Positions 10,070 to 18,949 are shown, numbered from the stretch's first letter. The stretch is DNA of 32,000 nt from Mycoplasmatota bacterium (GCA_018394295.1 CP074573.1:1587156-1619155); one strand, 5' to 3'. Made by a program: numbers and translations. Notes: a model not told the origin generated them from the letters alone.

Positions 10070-10624
10070 GTGATTTATTTGTTCCGAAATAAAGAAGATT
10101 TAAGAATTCATAACACCAAAGAATTTGTCTATGAAGCATTAAATTTATTATTGAAGAAATACAATTATCATCATATTTCAATCAGTATGATTATTAAAAA
10201 ATCAGGTGTGGGGAGAACCACGTTTTACAGACATTTTTATTCCAAAGATGATATTTTGAAAACCAAACTTAAAAGCCAAACATTAGATTTATTAGAACTT
10301 CTAAATAAAACCTATGATTTAACCCTATACAATAAAGATATTTCTGGGAAAATCAATTTCTTCTTTCAATACTGGGATAGAAATCCAGAAATCATTCAGT
10401 TAATTATTGATTTAGATAAAACACAATTACTTTATTCGACATGGACATCCTTACTTATCGATATGTTTTCTATTATTGATATGGGTCTATCTTCAAATAT
10501 ATCTAAACCATATACTGCTCATTTCGCAATTGGTGGACTTACCTCATTATTAATTCAATGGTTTAAAAATAACAGAAAAGATAGTATTTATTTTATCGCA
10601 AAACATTTTAATATCCCCAACTAA
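10070..10624 (+). CDS. TetR/AcrR-family transcriptional regulator
   Basis: N-terminal HTH ISISMIIKKSGVGRTTFYRHFYSKDDIL. The start is uncertain: GTG at 10070 lies inside the SD agaggtg, so TTG at 10079 is a plausible true start. An 8-bp palindrome gactagtc at 10034-10041 is a possible operator. Confidence 0.8.
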   Translation: MIYLFRNKEDLRIHNTKEFVYEALNLLLKKYNYHHISISMIIKKSGVGRTTFYRHFYSKDDILKTKLKSQTLDLLELLNKTYDLTLYNKDISGKINFFFQYWDRNPEIIQLIIDLDKTQLLYSTWTSLLIDMFSIIDMGLSSNISKPYTAHFAIGGLTSLLIQWFKNNRKDSIYFIAKHFNIPN

Positions 10625-10636
10625 CTCATAATTTAG

Positions 10637-10665
10637 TTGACATCTTAATAGGTTTTAGATATAAT
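10637..10665 (+). promoter_or_regulatory. Consensus sigma-A promoter of the T-box/trpB transcript
   Basis: TTGACA (10637-10642), 17-nt spacer, TATAAT (10660-10665). Confidence 0.7.
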
Positions 10666-10671
10666 ATTATG

Positions 10672-10896
10672 CATACAAAATATGCAAAAATCATTGATTG
10701 AAAATAGTAGAAAACAAAAATTGTTACAGAGAGTCGATGTTGGTGTGAAGTTGACACAAGTATTGTTTTTGAATGGGTTCATGAGATGCAAGGTGAATTA
10801 ATAGTAGCCTTAAGCCGGCGTTTCCCACGTTATAGGGGAGTACACATTGGGTGGTATAACGGCACTTCGTCCTAGTGATGAAGTGTCTTTTTTTTA
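10672..10896 (+). promoter_or_regulatory. T-box riboswitch leader with a tryptophan (UGG) specifier
   Basis: Stem I elements: AGAGA bulge (10728-10732), distal loop GGTGTGA (10742-10748) and AGTA (10758-10761). The stem strand ttgttttt pairs with aaaacaa, followed by GAA-TGG-G with TGG at 10774-10776. T-box motif attgggtggtataacgg at about 10846-10862. Terminator stem 10861-10871 pairs with 10877-10887, then T8 at 10888-10895. Confidence 0.82.
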
Positions 10897-11074
10897 TTTC
10901 TTAAATCATAAGAAGGGAATTGATAAACATGTATAACCTACCCCAAACAATAATAATACGAGGTTATCTTTGGCAAAATTAATTATTTGCTAATCATTCA
11001 GGCTGGTTTTCCTTGAATAGTCTTAAAAACATAATCAACATCCATAAATAAAAATATTCAAGGAGGAACATATC

Positions 11075-12253
11075 ATGATAATTAAGAATTTACAATTTGG
11101 TGAATTTGGAGGACAATTTGTGTCCCAACCAGTAAAAAATGCCCTAAATAATTTAGAAATTGCTTTTAACAAAGCATTAAAAGATGAATCATTTATAAAA
11201 GAATATAATTATTATCTAAAAGAGTATGTCGGACGTGAAAATCCTTTATACTATGCGAAAAATATGACAGAGGAGTTAGGCGGCGCAAAAGTATATCTAA
11301 AAAGAGAAGATTTAAATCATACTGGTGCTCATAAAATAAACAATGTCATTGGACAAATCTTATTAGCAAAAAGAATGGGAAAAACAAAAATTGTTGCTGA
11401 GACTGGTGCTGGCCAACATGGTGTAGCTACTGCAACTGCTGCAGCTATGTTTGGGATGGAATGTCTTGTTTTCCAAGGAGCTGAAGATGTTGAGAGACAA
11501 AAACTCAATTTAATGAGAATGAAACTACTAGGTGCTAAAGTTAAGTCTGTCACATCTGGTACAAGAACACTTAAAGATGCTGTAGATGAAGCAATTTCTT
11601 TTTGGATTAATAATTTAGATGATTATTTTTATGTATTAGGTTCTGTTGTGGGACCTCATCCTTATCCAACGATTGTCAGAGAATTTCAAAAAGTGATTGG
11701 ACAAGAAGTAAAAAGACAGATATTAGAAAAAGAACATCGATTACCTGATTACTTAATCGCTTGTGTGGGTGGTGGAAGTAATTCCATGGGTTTATTTGCT
11801 GAGTTTCTAGATGACAAAGCAATAAAATTATATGGAGTTGAAGCAGCAGGTCATGGACTAAATACTAAAATGCATGCAGCTACTTTAGCTAAAGGTAAAG
11901 TAGGAATTGTACATGGAATGAAAACAATTGTAATTCAAAATGAAACTGGTGAAGTAGAACCAGTTTACTCAATTTCAGCAGGACTGGATTACCCCAGTGT
12001 AGGACCAGAACACGCTCACTTATTTCAAACAAAACGTGTAGAGTATGTTAGTATTACGGATAAAGAAGCCGTTAATGCATTTACTTATTTAAGTAAAAAA
12101 GAAGGTATAATCCCTGCAATAGAGAGTTCACATGCCATTGCCTTTGCGATGAAACTTGTTCCAAAATTATCGAAGGACAAGATTGTTGTAATTAATTTAT
12201 CAGGTCGTGGTGATAAGGACGTAAGTACAATCGCTAATTATTTAAACTATTAA
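11075..12253 (+). CDS. trpB: Tryptophan synthase beta subunit (TrpB1-type)
   Basis: 392 aa. PLP-lysine motif HTGAHKINN. Also [14 protein letters not shown]-like [27 protein letters not shown] and the C-terminal [12 protein letters not shown] aaggagga. Confidence 0.93.
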   Translation: MIIKNLQFGEFGGQFVSQPVKNALNNLEIAFNKALKDESFIKEYNYYLKEYVGRENPLYYAKNMTEELGGAKVYLKREDLNHTGAHKINNVIGQILLAKRMGKTKIVAETGAGQHGVATATAAAMFGMECLVFQGAEDVERQKLNLMRMKLLGAKVKSVTSGTRTLKDAVDEAISFWINNLDDYFYVLGSVVGPHPYPTIVREFQKVIGQEVKRQILEKEHRLPDYLIACVGGGSNSMGLFAEFLDDKAIKLYGVEAAGHGLNTKMHAATLAKGKVGIVHGMKTIVIQNETGEVEPVYSISAGLDYPSVGPEHAHLFQTKRVEYVSITDKEAVNAFTYLSKKEGIIPAIESSHAIAFAMKLVPKLSKDKIVVINLSGRGDKDVSTIANYLNY

Positions 12254-12281
12254 AGATGTTTATACTAATAAATAAAACAAA

Positions 12282-12310
12282 AAGAACTGATTATAATGAT
12301 CAGTTCTTTT
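12282..12310. terminator. Bidirectional terminator between trpB and the DUF3006 gene
   Basis: Stem gaactgat (12284-12291) pairs with atcagttc (12299-12306). It is flanked by an A-run on the left and a T-run on the right. Confidence 0.7.
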
Positions 12311-12321
12311 TCTATATCTTA

Positions 12322-12540
12322 TTAATTTTTAAATAATTTTTTACTTAAATCTTCAATACGCTTTTTTCTATCCTCAGTTTTCTTATCATTTATAGTGATA
12401 GTTATATCAATTATATCCCCTTCTTTTACTTCAGATGGAAGTAACACTTTAGGAATATTGAATGTTTCTTTTTCAAATTCAATTACCGCATAATTCTTTT
12501 CAAAACGGTCTACAATACAATATTTTTTTTCTTCAGCCAT
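12322..12540 (-). CDS. DUF3006-family small protein (72 aa)
   Basis: The best start is the ATG at 12540, preceded by aaggagat. Sequence MAEEKKYCIVDRFEKNYAVIEFEKETFNIPKVLLPSEVKEGDIIDITI fits the DUF3006 pattern. The longer 94-aa call from 12606 overlaps the upstream gene and lacks an RBS. Confidence 0.7.
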   Translation of the reverse strand: MAEEKKYCIVDRFEKNYAVIEFEKETFNIPKVLLPSEVKEGDIIDITITINDKKTEDRKKRIEDLSKKLFKN

Positions 12541-12550
12541 AAATATCTCC

Positions 12551-13918
12551 TTAATTTGACTCATTTGGCGTTGGGTTATCAGTAGGTGAATCACTCCAAG
12601 GACCACCGTTAGTTATACGATACCATGATGAATCAATTTCTGTATTACTATAGGTAAAACTATCAATTAAAACGCCATCTGAATTTAATAATCTAACATC
12701 ATCACTTTCCTCATTATTAAACATTCTAGAAAATTCAATTATATAAAATTTATTGGCTTCTATTATAGTTCCTTCAGGAATGGTATATGGTTTACTACCA
12801 GCATCTTCAATATCATCTAATATATACCCACTAATATCAATATTAGATGATGTTGTATTATATAATTCAATCCATTCTTTTGTGTAGACTGTTTTAGGGG
12901 CAGGTAGTACTTCATTAATTACTACAGTTATTTCATTAATTTCTTCAGTTGTTGTTGTTACATCATTATCCTCAGTAGTTGTCTCAACAGGATTAGGTTG
13001 GTAGGTGGAATTTTTTGTACCAACTTCGATTTTAGTACCATTTGATTTTACTATGATTGTTCCCGCTTCATCTGTTCGATAAACTTGAACATTATTATTC
13101 ATTAATCGATCGATAATTTCTTGATTAGGATGTCCATATTTATTGCCTTCTCCAACAGAAATTATCCCAATTGTTGGTGAAATCGCATTTAAAAAAGCTT
13201 CACTAGTAGAAGTAATTGAACCATGATGTCCTAATTTTAAAACATCTGCGTGTAAATCAGCACCACCATCAAGAATTTCTTCTTCAACCTCTGTTTCAGC
13301 ATCGCCTGTAAATATATAAGCAGTATCTCCATAAGTTAATTTAATAACTGGGGAATAATCATTTGTTTCAGAATAACTTTCACTAATTGGAGATAACATC
13401 ACTGCTTCTAAAAGTTTATCATTAATTTGTTCACCAAATAATGTTACTCCTTTTTTAGCCCTTGTTATCGTTAAATTTTTGGCATCAATCGCTGTTAATA
13501 CATCTTCAAAAGTTTTAGTAGTTGCTGATTTATTTGGTAAATAAACATCTTCAATATTAAAATGATTAATCACATCATCTAGTCCTCCAATATGGTCTTC
13601 ATGTGGATGAGTACCAATAACATGATTAAGGGTTACAACACCTCTATCTTCTAAATAATCAACAACTAAATCTCCATCTGAATTATTACCAGCATCAATT
13701 AACACATGCTCATCATTTGGTAATTTAATATATATACTATCTGCTTGTCCTACATCAATAAAATGTATTTCTAAATCCATAGGATCACTATTTTGTCCTG
13801 TTGTTGTATTTTCACTAGTTGTTTGTTCTGTTTTACTTGTCATAGCTTCATTACAACCAAATAATACTACAACCACAACAAAACTAAAAACAACACGTAA
13901 TTTTCTAATAATTCTCAT
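12551..13918 (-). CDS. Lipoprotein with a ComEC-type MBL-fold metallo-hydrolase domain and a C-terminal lamin-tail domain (probable extracellular nuclease or DNA-binding hydrolase)
   Basis: Lipobox VVLFGC. MBL motif HPHEDHIGG, plus GDAE and HHGS. C-terminal LTD pattern VVINEVLPAP...EWIELYNTTSSNIDISGYILDD...DDVRLLNSDGVLIDSFTYS. Confidence 0.8.
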   Translation of the reverse strand: MRIIRKLRVVFSFVVVVVLFGCNEAMTSKTEQTTSENTTTGQNSDPMDLEIHFIDVGQADSIYIKLPNDEHVLIDAGNNSDGDLVVDYLEDRGVVTLNHVIGTHPHEDHIGGLDDVINHFNIEDVYLPNKSATTKTFEDVLTAIDAKNLTITRAKKGVTLFGEQINDKLLEAVMLSPISESYSETNDYSPVIKLTYGDTAYIFTGDAETEVEEEILDGGADLHADVLKLGHHGSITSTSEAFLNAISPTIGIISVGEGNKYGHPNQEIIDRLMNNNVQVYRTDEAGTIIVKSNGTKIEVGTKNSTYQPNPVETTTEDNDVTTTTEEINEITVVINEVLPAPKTVYTKEWIELYNTTSSNIDISGYILDDIEDAGSKPYTIPEGTIIEANKFYIIEFSRMFNNEESDDVRLLNSDGVLIDSFTYSNTEIDSSWYRITNGGPWSDSPTDNPTPNESN

Positions 13919-13993
13919 ATTTCCTCCAAAAACTTAATTTATTATATAATATCATATTCTCTTCAATTATTAAACTTTAATACGATATAAAAA

Positions 13994-14016
13994 GCAAAGT
14001 ATATTACACACTTTGC
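13994..14016 (-). terminator. Rho-independent terminator after the 14033-14332 gene
   Basis: Stem gcaaagt (13994-14000) pairs with actttgc (14010-14016). The minus-strand transcript then gives a U-run. Confidence 0.5.
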
Positions 14017-14032
14017 CTATCTAAATCACTAT

Positions 14033-14332
14033 TTATTTTTTATATCGATTCCCACCTAATGAAATAATTATAATAAAAAAACAGAGAATTCCAGTAAAGA
14101 CAATGACACTTACAATCTCATCTTTTTGTTTAATCATTAAACAAATAATTGAATTAATCACAATAAGGAGCCCCATGATGATATAATTAATCCCTATCCA
14201 TTTAGCTAAACCTTTTTTATCCTTTATTGTTTCCTCAATATATCCGGGAACAATTTCTAATATTTTATAACGCCAAATTAATCCGCCTACAATAACAAGA
14301 AAAGAACCGATAACGATTAATAGAATATTCAT
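14033..14332 (-). CDS. Small three-TM membrane protein (DUF3784-like)
   Basis: ATG at 14332 preceded by aggtga. The GTG at 14341 in the ORF track lies within that SD. Three hydrophobic helices with a GY..E...K loop resembling DUF3784. Confidence 0.55.
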   Translation of the reverse strand: MNILLIVIGSFLVIVGGLIWRYKILEIVPGYIEETIKDKKGLAKWIGINYIIMGLLIVINSIICLMIKQKDEIVSVIVFTGILCFFIIIISLGGNRYKK

Positions 14333-14669
14333 AATTATCACCTAGCCTTTATAATGGAATAGTATGTAGTATTTTTATATTAGAATCTTTCTTTTTTTAA
14401 AATAGATTTTTCTTAGGATATATTTATAGTCTATTGAATACAATTATAATGAAAAAAATATCTTTTAAACCATATTTCCATAATTTATATAATATATTTA
14501 TGTTATAATATAATTATTCAATTTATCAAATGATTTAAGTATAATAGTGTTTCTAGTCTGTTTTTTTGCTAATTTTATTAAAAATTAGTCTGTATTAGTT
14601 TTACACTAATTTTATTATAACTGCTTTATAATAAAATTAAAATACTAATATTTAAATTTCTAAATAGGG

Positions 14670-15329
14670 GTGGTTTATTTGATAAGTAAATGGTTTGTTT
14701 TAATTGTTTTTATTCTAATCTCATTTCTTCATCTAACGTTTGAAATAAAAAATTATAAACAAGGTAGACAAATTACAAAACCTTTGTTAATGCCTTTACT
14801 GCTTCTTTATTATTTATTTAGTGTATCAAACCCTAATTACTATATTATTATCGCATTAGTATGTGGATTTTTAGGAGATGTGTTTTTATTATGGGCTTCT
14901 AAACAATCTTTTTTATTAATTGGCCTTTTAGCATTTTTAACTGGACATATCTTCTACATTCTGGTATTTCTAAATAGTACTCAATATTTAAATACTGTCC
15001 CCTACCATTTTTATATTTTTCTGATACCTTATCTATTATTAGGTATATATATATTAAAACAATTGTTTCCTGTAATTAAATTAATGAAAATACCAACAAC
15101 AATATATATGAGTATCATAATTATAATGAGTTTTACTAGTCTAACTCGAATGTTTAGTGTGCCTTTCTTATCTTTCCTACTAACCTTTATTGGTTCTTTA
15201 TGCTTTTTACTATCAGATACGATTCTTGCATTCGATTTATTTAAACAACATAAAAAATATAATGATGTATATGTAATGAGCACCTATATTTTAGCTCAAT
15301 TTTTAATTATATTGGGTTTAATAATTTAA
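14670..15329 (+). CDS. YhhN-family lysoplasmalogenase-like membrane protein
   Basis: Multi-pass membrane protein with YhhN-type motifs GFLGDVFLL and FLLSDTILA. The start may be TTG at 14679, given the SD ggggtgg just upstream. Confidence 0.7.
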   Translation: MVYLISKWFVLIVFILISFLHLTFEIKNYKQGRQITKPLLMPLLLLYYLFSVSNPNYYIIIALVCGFLGDVFLLWASKQSFLLIGLLAFLTGHIFYILVFLNSTQYLNTVPYHFYIFLIPYLLLGIYILKQLFPVIKLMKIPTTIYMSIIIIMSFTSLTRMFSVPFLSFLLTFIGSLCFLLSDTILAFDLFKQHKKYNDVYVMSTYILAQFLIILGLII

Positions 15330-15360
15330 ATTATTACATCGATTAATTCTTTAAATTAAA

Positions 15361-15402
15361 AAAGATTGTGAGAGCCTAAAAGGCATAGACTACACAATCT
15401 TT
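15361..15402. terminator. Bidirectional terminator hairpin
   Basis: Stem aaagattgtg (15361-15370) pairs with cacaatcttt (15393-15402), followed by a T-run. An inner gcct/aggc pairing is also present. Confidence 0.65.
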
Positions 15403-15422
15403 TTTAGTTTATTTTTTTATAA

Positions 15423-15644
15423 TTATAAATCTAATGTATCTAATAATTCTTTAATCCTTTTTAATTCATCAATTGTTAATGTAATTCCCTTCCCCATTCT
15501 ATTATGTTCTGGATTCCATTCTCTTAAATCATATTTAGGTTCTTTATCATTCCAACTTACTAAATTAAGTTCTTTTGTCCAACCCTTACTACTTTCAGAA
15601 AGTACTCCTATAGATTTTTTAATTTCAAATTTAATATCAGCCAT
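15423..15644 (-). CDS. YdbC/PC4-like single-stranded-DNA-binding family protein (73 aa)
   Basis: MADIKFEIKKSIGVLSESSKGWTKELNLVSWNDKEPKYDLREWNPEHNRMGKGITLT matches the YdbC-type PC4-like fold family as I recall it. RBS gggagga. Confidence 0.65.
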   Translation of the reverse strand: MADIKFEIKKSIGVLSESSKGWTKELNLVSWNDKEPKYDLREWNPEHNRMGKGITLTIDELKRIKELLDTLDL

Positions 15645-15748
15645 AATAAGTCCTCCCTATATTAAATAATTTTTTTCTCAATTAAATTATACTCCTATTA
15701 TAAGCATTTTTAATAGAAAATTGTTGAAAGAATTAATAATTTATCATT

Positions 15749-16156
15749 TTATTTTTTGTCATCATGATTTATTTTATTAAAATCTGTTATTTCTTTTTCA
15801 ACCATTTTGATATACTCCTCTTCAAATGGTTCCCATAATTCAACACGGTTTCCAAGAATATCTTCAATTTGAGCGAATTTTCCATATTCAAATACACTTA
15901 TTTCCTGAATAATTTTAACCCCTTTAGCTTTTAGTGTTTCCATATAATGATCGAGATTATCAACTGTAAAATTTAAGAAAGAATTCCCATGTTCTTTATT
16001 ATCAAAGGTGATTAGTGTTAGTTTGTTAGGTGCTAGAAAGTTAATTCCATATTCAGTAATATTCAAACCTAAGACATCATTATACCATTTTAATAATTTT
16101 TTGGTATCACCACTAATATTTAAAAAGACACCGCCTATTCCTGTTATTTTTGACAT
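15749..16156 (-). CDS. VOC (glyoxalase/bleomycin-resistance/dioxygenase) family protein
   Basis: Sequence IGGVFLNISGDTKKLLKWYNDVLGL...GNRVELWEP is typical of VOC repeats. ATG at 16156, with ggag eight nt upstream. Confidence 0.7.
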   Translation of the reverse strand: MSKITGIGGVFLNISGDTKKLLKWYNDVLGLNITEYGINFLAPNKLTLITFDNKEHGNSFLNFTVDNLDHYMETLKAKGVKIIQEISVFEYGKFAQIEDILGNRVELWEPFEEEYIKMVEKEITDFNKINHDDKK

Positions 16157-16326
16157 CAAATCAACTCCAATCTCAATTATATATAATAATACTTCAATTT
16201 CGTAAAAACTATTTATATCTATTAAATATACCTATAGTTTCATTATATACGAAAGGTTCATATTCTACAATATAAAGAATCTGAAGTTAATTAATAATTC
16301 AATAATTATTAACAAATAAAATTCTA

Positions 16327-17649
16327 TTATTTCCATCTTCTTTTAAAATTAAATAATTCTTGTATATATCCAATAATCGATGAAAATGAATTTAAACTTT
16401 GGAAGCTGAGAATGAATATAATATATTCCCAAAAATATAACTTCAAATGTATATTTAAGGGTTTTAGTACTTCTCTTTTTTCTATATGATACATCATGAA
16501 GTGACTGAATACTGTAATTGGTATAACTAACAATGTTAAAAATCCAACAATATAAAATTTACCCATAAAAGCTAAAATAACACCTGGTAGGAAAAATAAT
16601 AGATAACTAATATCGATATAGGGTATCACTAAATCAATAGATGTTAAATACTTAGAATAAATGTTTCCTTGTTTTAAGGGAAATACATGTTTTAATCCTT
16701 CAATCATACCTCTAGCCCATCTAACTCGTTGAATGATAAATGCTTTGAGTGTTTTTGGTACACATGTATAAGAAATCGCTCTAGGTTCAAACAACACGCA
16801 AAATCCTTTCTCTAATAATAACCATGTTAATACAATGTCTTCTCCTATACAATCATTCCATCCATCTATTTTTTTTATCTCTTTTGTTTTATATATACTA
16901 AATGCACCTTGAGCAACAAGTGTGGAATGAAATAAACCTTGCATTCTTTTTACACTATTGATACTCAGTAAATAATCATACTTTTGGATACGCGTTATAA
17001 TACTATCAGTATCATTAAAGACTAGTACAGACCCAGCAATTGCGACAACATTATTTAATAAATTACTTATTAACATTCGTTCAACAATAAAACTAATCGC
17101 ATTTTTGTGTAGATAGGTGTCTGCATCAAGTGTTATAAAATGTTTCGTTCTAACATGCTTCAACCCTTCATTTAAAGCATGGTTTTTTCCTTTTTTAGAC
17201 TCATGAATTAATTTTATTGGTAAATTAAATTTGCGTATTGCCTCATAAACTTTTTGATTTGTTCGATCGGTACTATTGTTGTCAATGACGATTACAGTAA
17301 TTTTTCCGTTATAGATTTGATTATTAATCGATTCTAATACTTTATAGATAGTTTTTTCTTCATTATGAACAGGTATTAAAATTGTTACAACAAAATTAGG
17401 AAAATGATTTAATAATATTTCCTGATAATTACTTAAATACCGATTCTTATCAATTAAAATTAGTGAATACAATAAGTTCATACAGATGTAACCTGGTATA
17501 TAAGCAATTCCACTAACAATTATAATACTTAAAGTTAAACCAAAAATTTTCGATAAATCTCTAAGCCAGTTAATTGATATTAAAATTGAAAACAATAACC
17601 ATATAATAGAAAGCATGATCATTATAAAAAATTTACTTCTTGTATTCAT
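16327..17649 (-). CDS. Processive family-2 glycosyltransferase with integral membrane domains (IcaA/PgaC/cellulose-synthase-like)
   Basis: GT2 motifs: VIDNNSTD, LDADT, GEDIVLT and the processivity motif QRVRWARG. TM helices lie at both ends. I prefer the ATG at 17649, preceded by aaggtgag, over the ATG at 17664, which has no SD. Confidence 0.85.
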   Translation of the reverse strand: MNTRSKFFIMIMLSIIWLLFSILISINWLRDLSKIFGLTLSIIIVSGIAYIPGYICMNLLYSLILIDKNRYLSNYQEILLNHFPNFVVTILIPVHNEEKTIYKVLESINNQIYNGKITVIVIDNNSTDRTNQKVYEAIRKFNLPIKLIHESKKGKNHALNEGLKHVRTKHFITLDADTYLHKNAISFIVERMLISNLLNNVVAIAGSVLVFNDTDSIITRIQKYDYLLSINSVKRMQGLFHSTLVAQGAFSIYKTKEIKKIDGWNDCIGEDIVLTWLLLEKGFCVLFEPRAISYTCVPKTLKAFIIQRVRWARGMIEGLKHVFPLKQGNIYSKYLTSIDLVIPYIDISYLLFFLPGVILAFMGKFYIVGFLTLLVIPITVFSHFMMYHIEKREVLKPLNIHLKLYFWEYIIFILSFQSLNSFSSIIGYIQELFNFKRRWK

Positions 17650-17960
17650 GTTACTCACCTTCATATCTTAATATAAGATATGAAAAAAAGTTAATATTTA
17701 TATTGAATTAAAAGGAAATTAAAAAACTTTACCCAAAATATTGGAGTGTAATCTGATAATTTATTTAACTAAGGTTATAATACATATAATTGAATTCAAC
17801 CGTTAACAATTTTTTTGTGTACAATTAGCTGTATCTATTACCATAATTTCATAAGTTTTTTTTCATCTATACTTTTTGGTAATTTTTTCAAGTAATCGAT
17901 TACATATTTTAAGCAAATAATGTATAGTTAGTTAGTAAACTAATTATTGGAGGAGAATAG

Positions 17961-18848
17961 ATGGGAAAATCACTAAAATTATCAGGAATCGTAATTGTTT
18001 TTAATACTACTAGGATCTGGTTTTGTTGTAGGTGAAACTCTCACTGGTTTAAAAAGAGATATAGCCTCAAATGAAAATTATGATGAAGATGCTTTACTTG
18101 AAAAAGTAAGTAAACTAATTGATGATTTAGAATCTGATGAAGGTACTAATGATTCTGAATTACAAGCTGAAATTACTGAATTAGAAACAGCTTTAAATGC
18201 TTTAAAAAGCCAAGACAATTCTCAATTGCAAGCTAAAATTACTGAATTAGAAACAGCTTTAAATGCTTTAGAAAGTCAAGATAATTCTGAATTGCAAGCT
18301 AAAATTACTGAATTAACAAACAGAATAAATGCACTTGAAAACTCAAGTACAAGTAATTTTACTATTATGGTAGATGGATCAGGAAACTATTTAAGATTTG
18401 AAGAAGTGGCTCGTTTACTTGTTAATGTAAGTACTAATGATTTAGGATGTTTTGATCAAGGAGATATTTGGATGAGTTCTTTATCCTCAGGTTTATCTAA
18501 CGAAGAAATATTAGTTAGAATGACCTTAATGTTCAAAGAATTATCTAATTATAATCAATACTTTATGAACAGTGCAAACATCAATTTGGGTATAGTTACA
18601 ATATTGGGGATACAAACTATTCATTAAATATCAGTATTCCAACCCCAGTACTAGTATATACCGATTTTACATTAGATAATATCTCAAATGGAACGTTTGG
18701 AATCTCTAATAATTCATCAACAACAGATAATCAAACAGGAAATTGGACAGATATGTCTTTTAACACAGATTTACTGAATGAAATATATAATCAACATATT
18801 ACAAATAATACATTCGGTAATAATGTATTAACTCCATTAAATAATTAA
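17961..18848 (+). pseudogene. Membrane-anchored coiled-coil repeat protein gene interrupted by two frameshifts (frame 0, then +1, then 0)
   Basis: GGAGGAG plus ATG at 17961 gives MGKSLKLSGIVI and then a stop at 18033. The +1 frame (17995-18627) continues FLILLGSGFVVGE through the coiled-coil repeats. Frame 0 reopens at 18555 without a start codon and runs to the stop at 18846-18848. The switches sit at T5 (17998-18002) and G3 (18588-18590). Confidence 0.6.
18151..18348 (+). repeat. Three tandem 66-bp (22-aa) repeats encoding a heptad-like coiled coil
   Basis: The units are DSELQAEITELETALNALKSQD, NSQLQAKITELETALNALESQD and NSELQAKITELTNRINALENSS. They start at 18151, 18217 and 18283. Confidence 0.9.
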
Positions 18849-18867
18849 TAGTTTAATAATTAAATAT

Positions 18868-18922
18868 AAAATGCACCTATTCTAAGTTCATAGTAACCTA
18901 TGATAAAGTTTAGGTGCATTTT
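18868..18922. terminator. Long convergent-gene hairpin (bidirectional terminator)
   Basis: Perfect 12-bp outer stem aaaatgcaccta/taggtgcatttt, plus an inner stem tcatag/ctatga. A/T runs lie on either side. Confidence 0.6.
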
Positions 18923-18949
18923 CTAAATAATCTATTGTAATGTTATTAA

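Noticed and set aside
10929-10982. 17-codon ORF (MYNLPQTIIIRGYLWQN) between the T-box terminator and trpB. It contains one Trp codon and could be a second, leader-peptide type attenuator.
   Set aside because: It has only a single Trp codon and a weak, poorly spaced SD. No terminator or antiterminator alternative follows: the hairpin at about 11008-11030 lacks a U-run. There is insufficient evidence.
12541-12606. N-terminal extension of the DUF3006 ORF to 94 aa
   Set aside because: The extension overlaps the 3' end of the upstream MBL-LTD gene in another frame. The internal ATG at 12540 has a proper aaggag SD and gives the expected family length.
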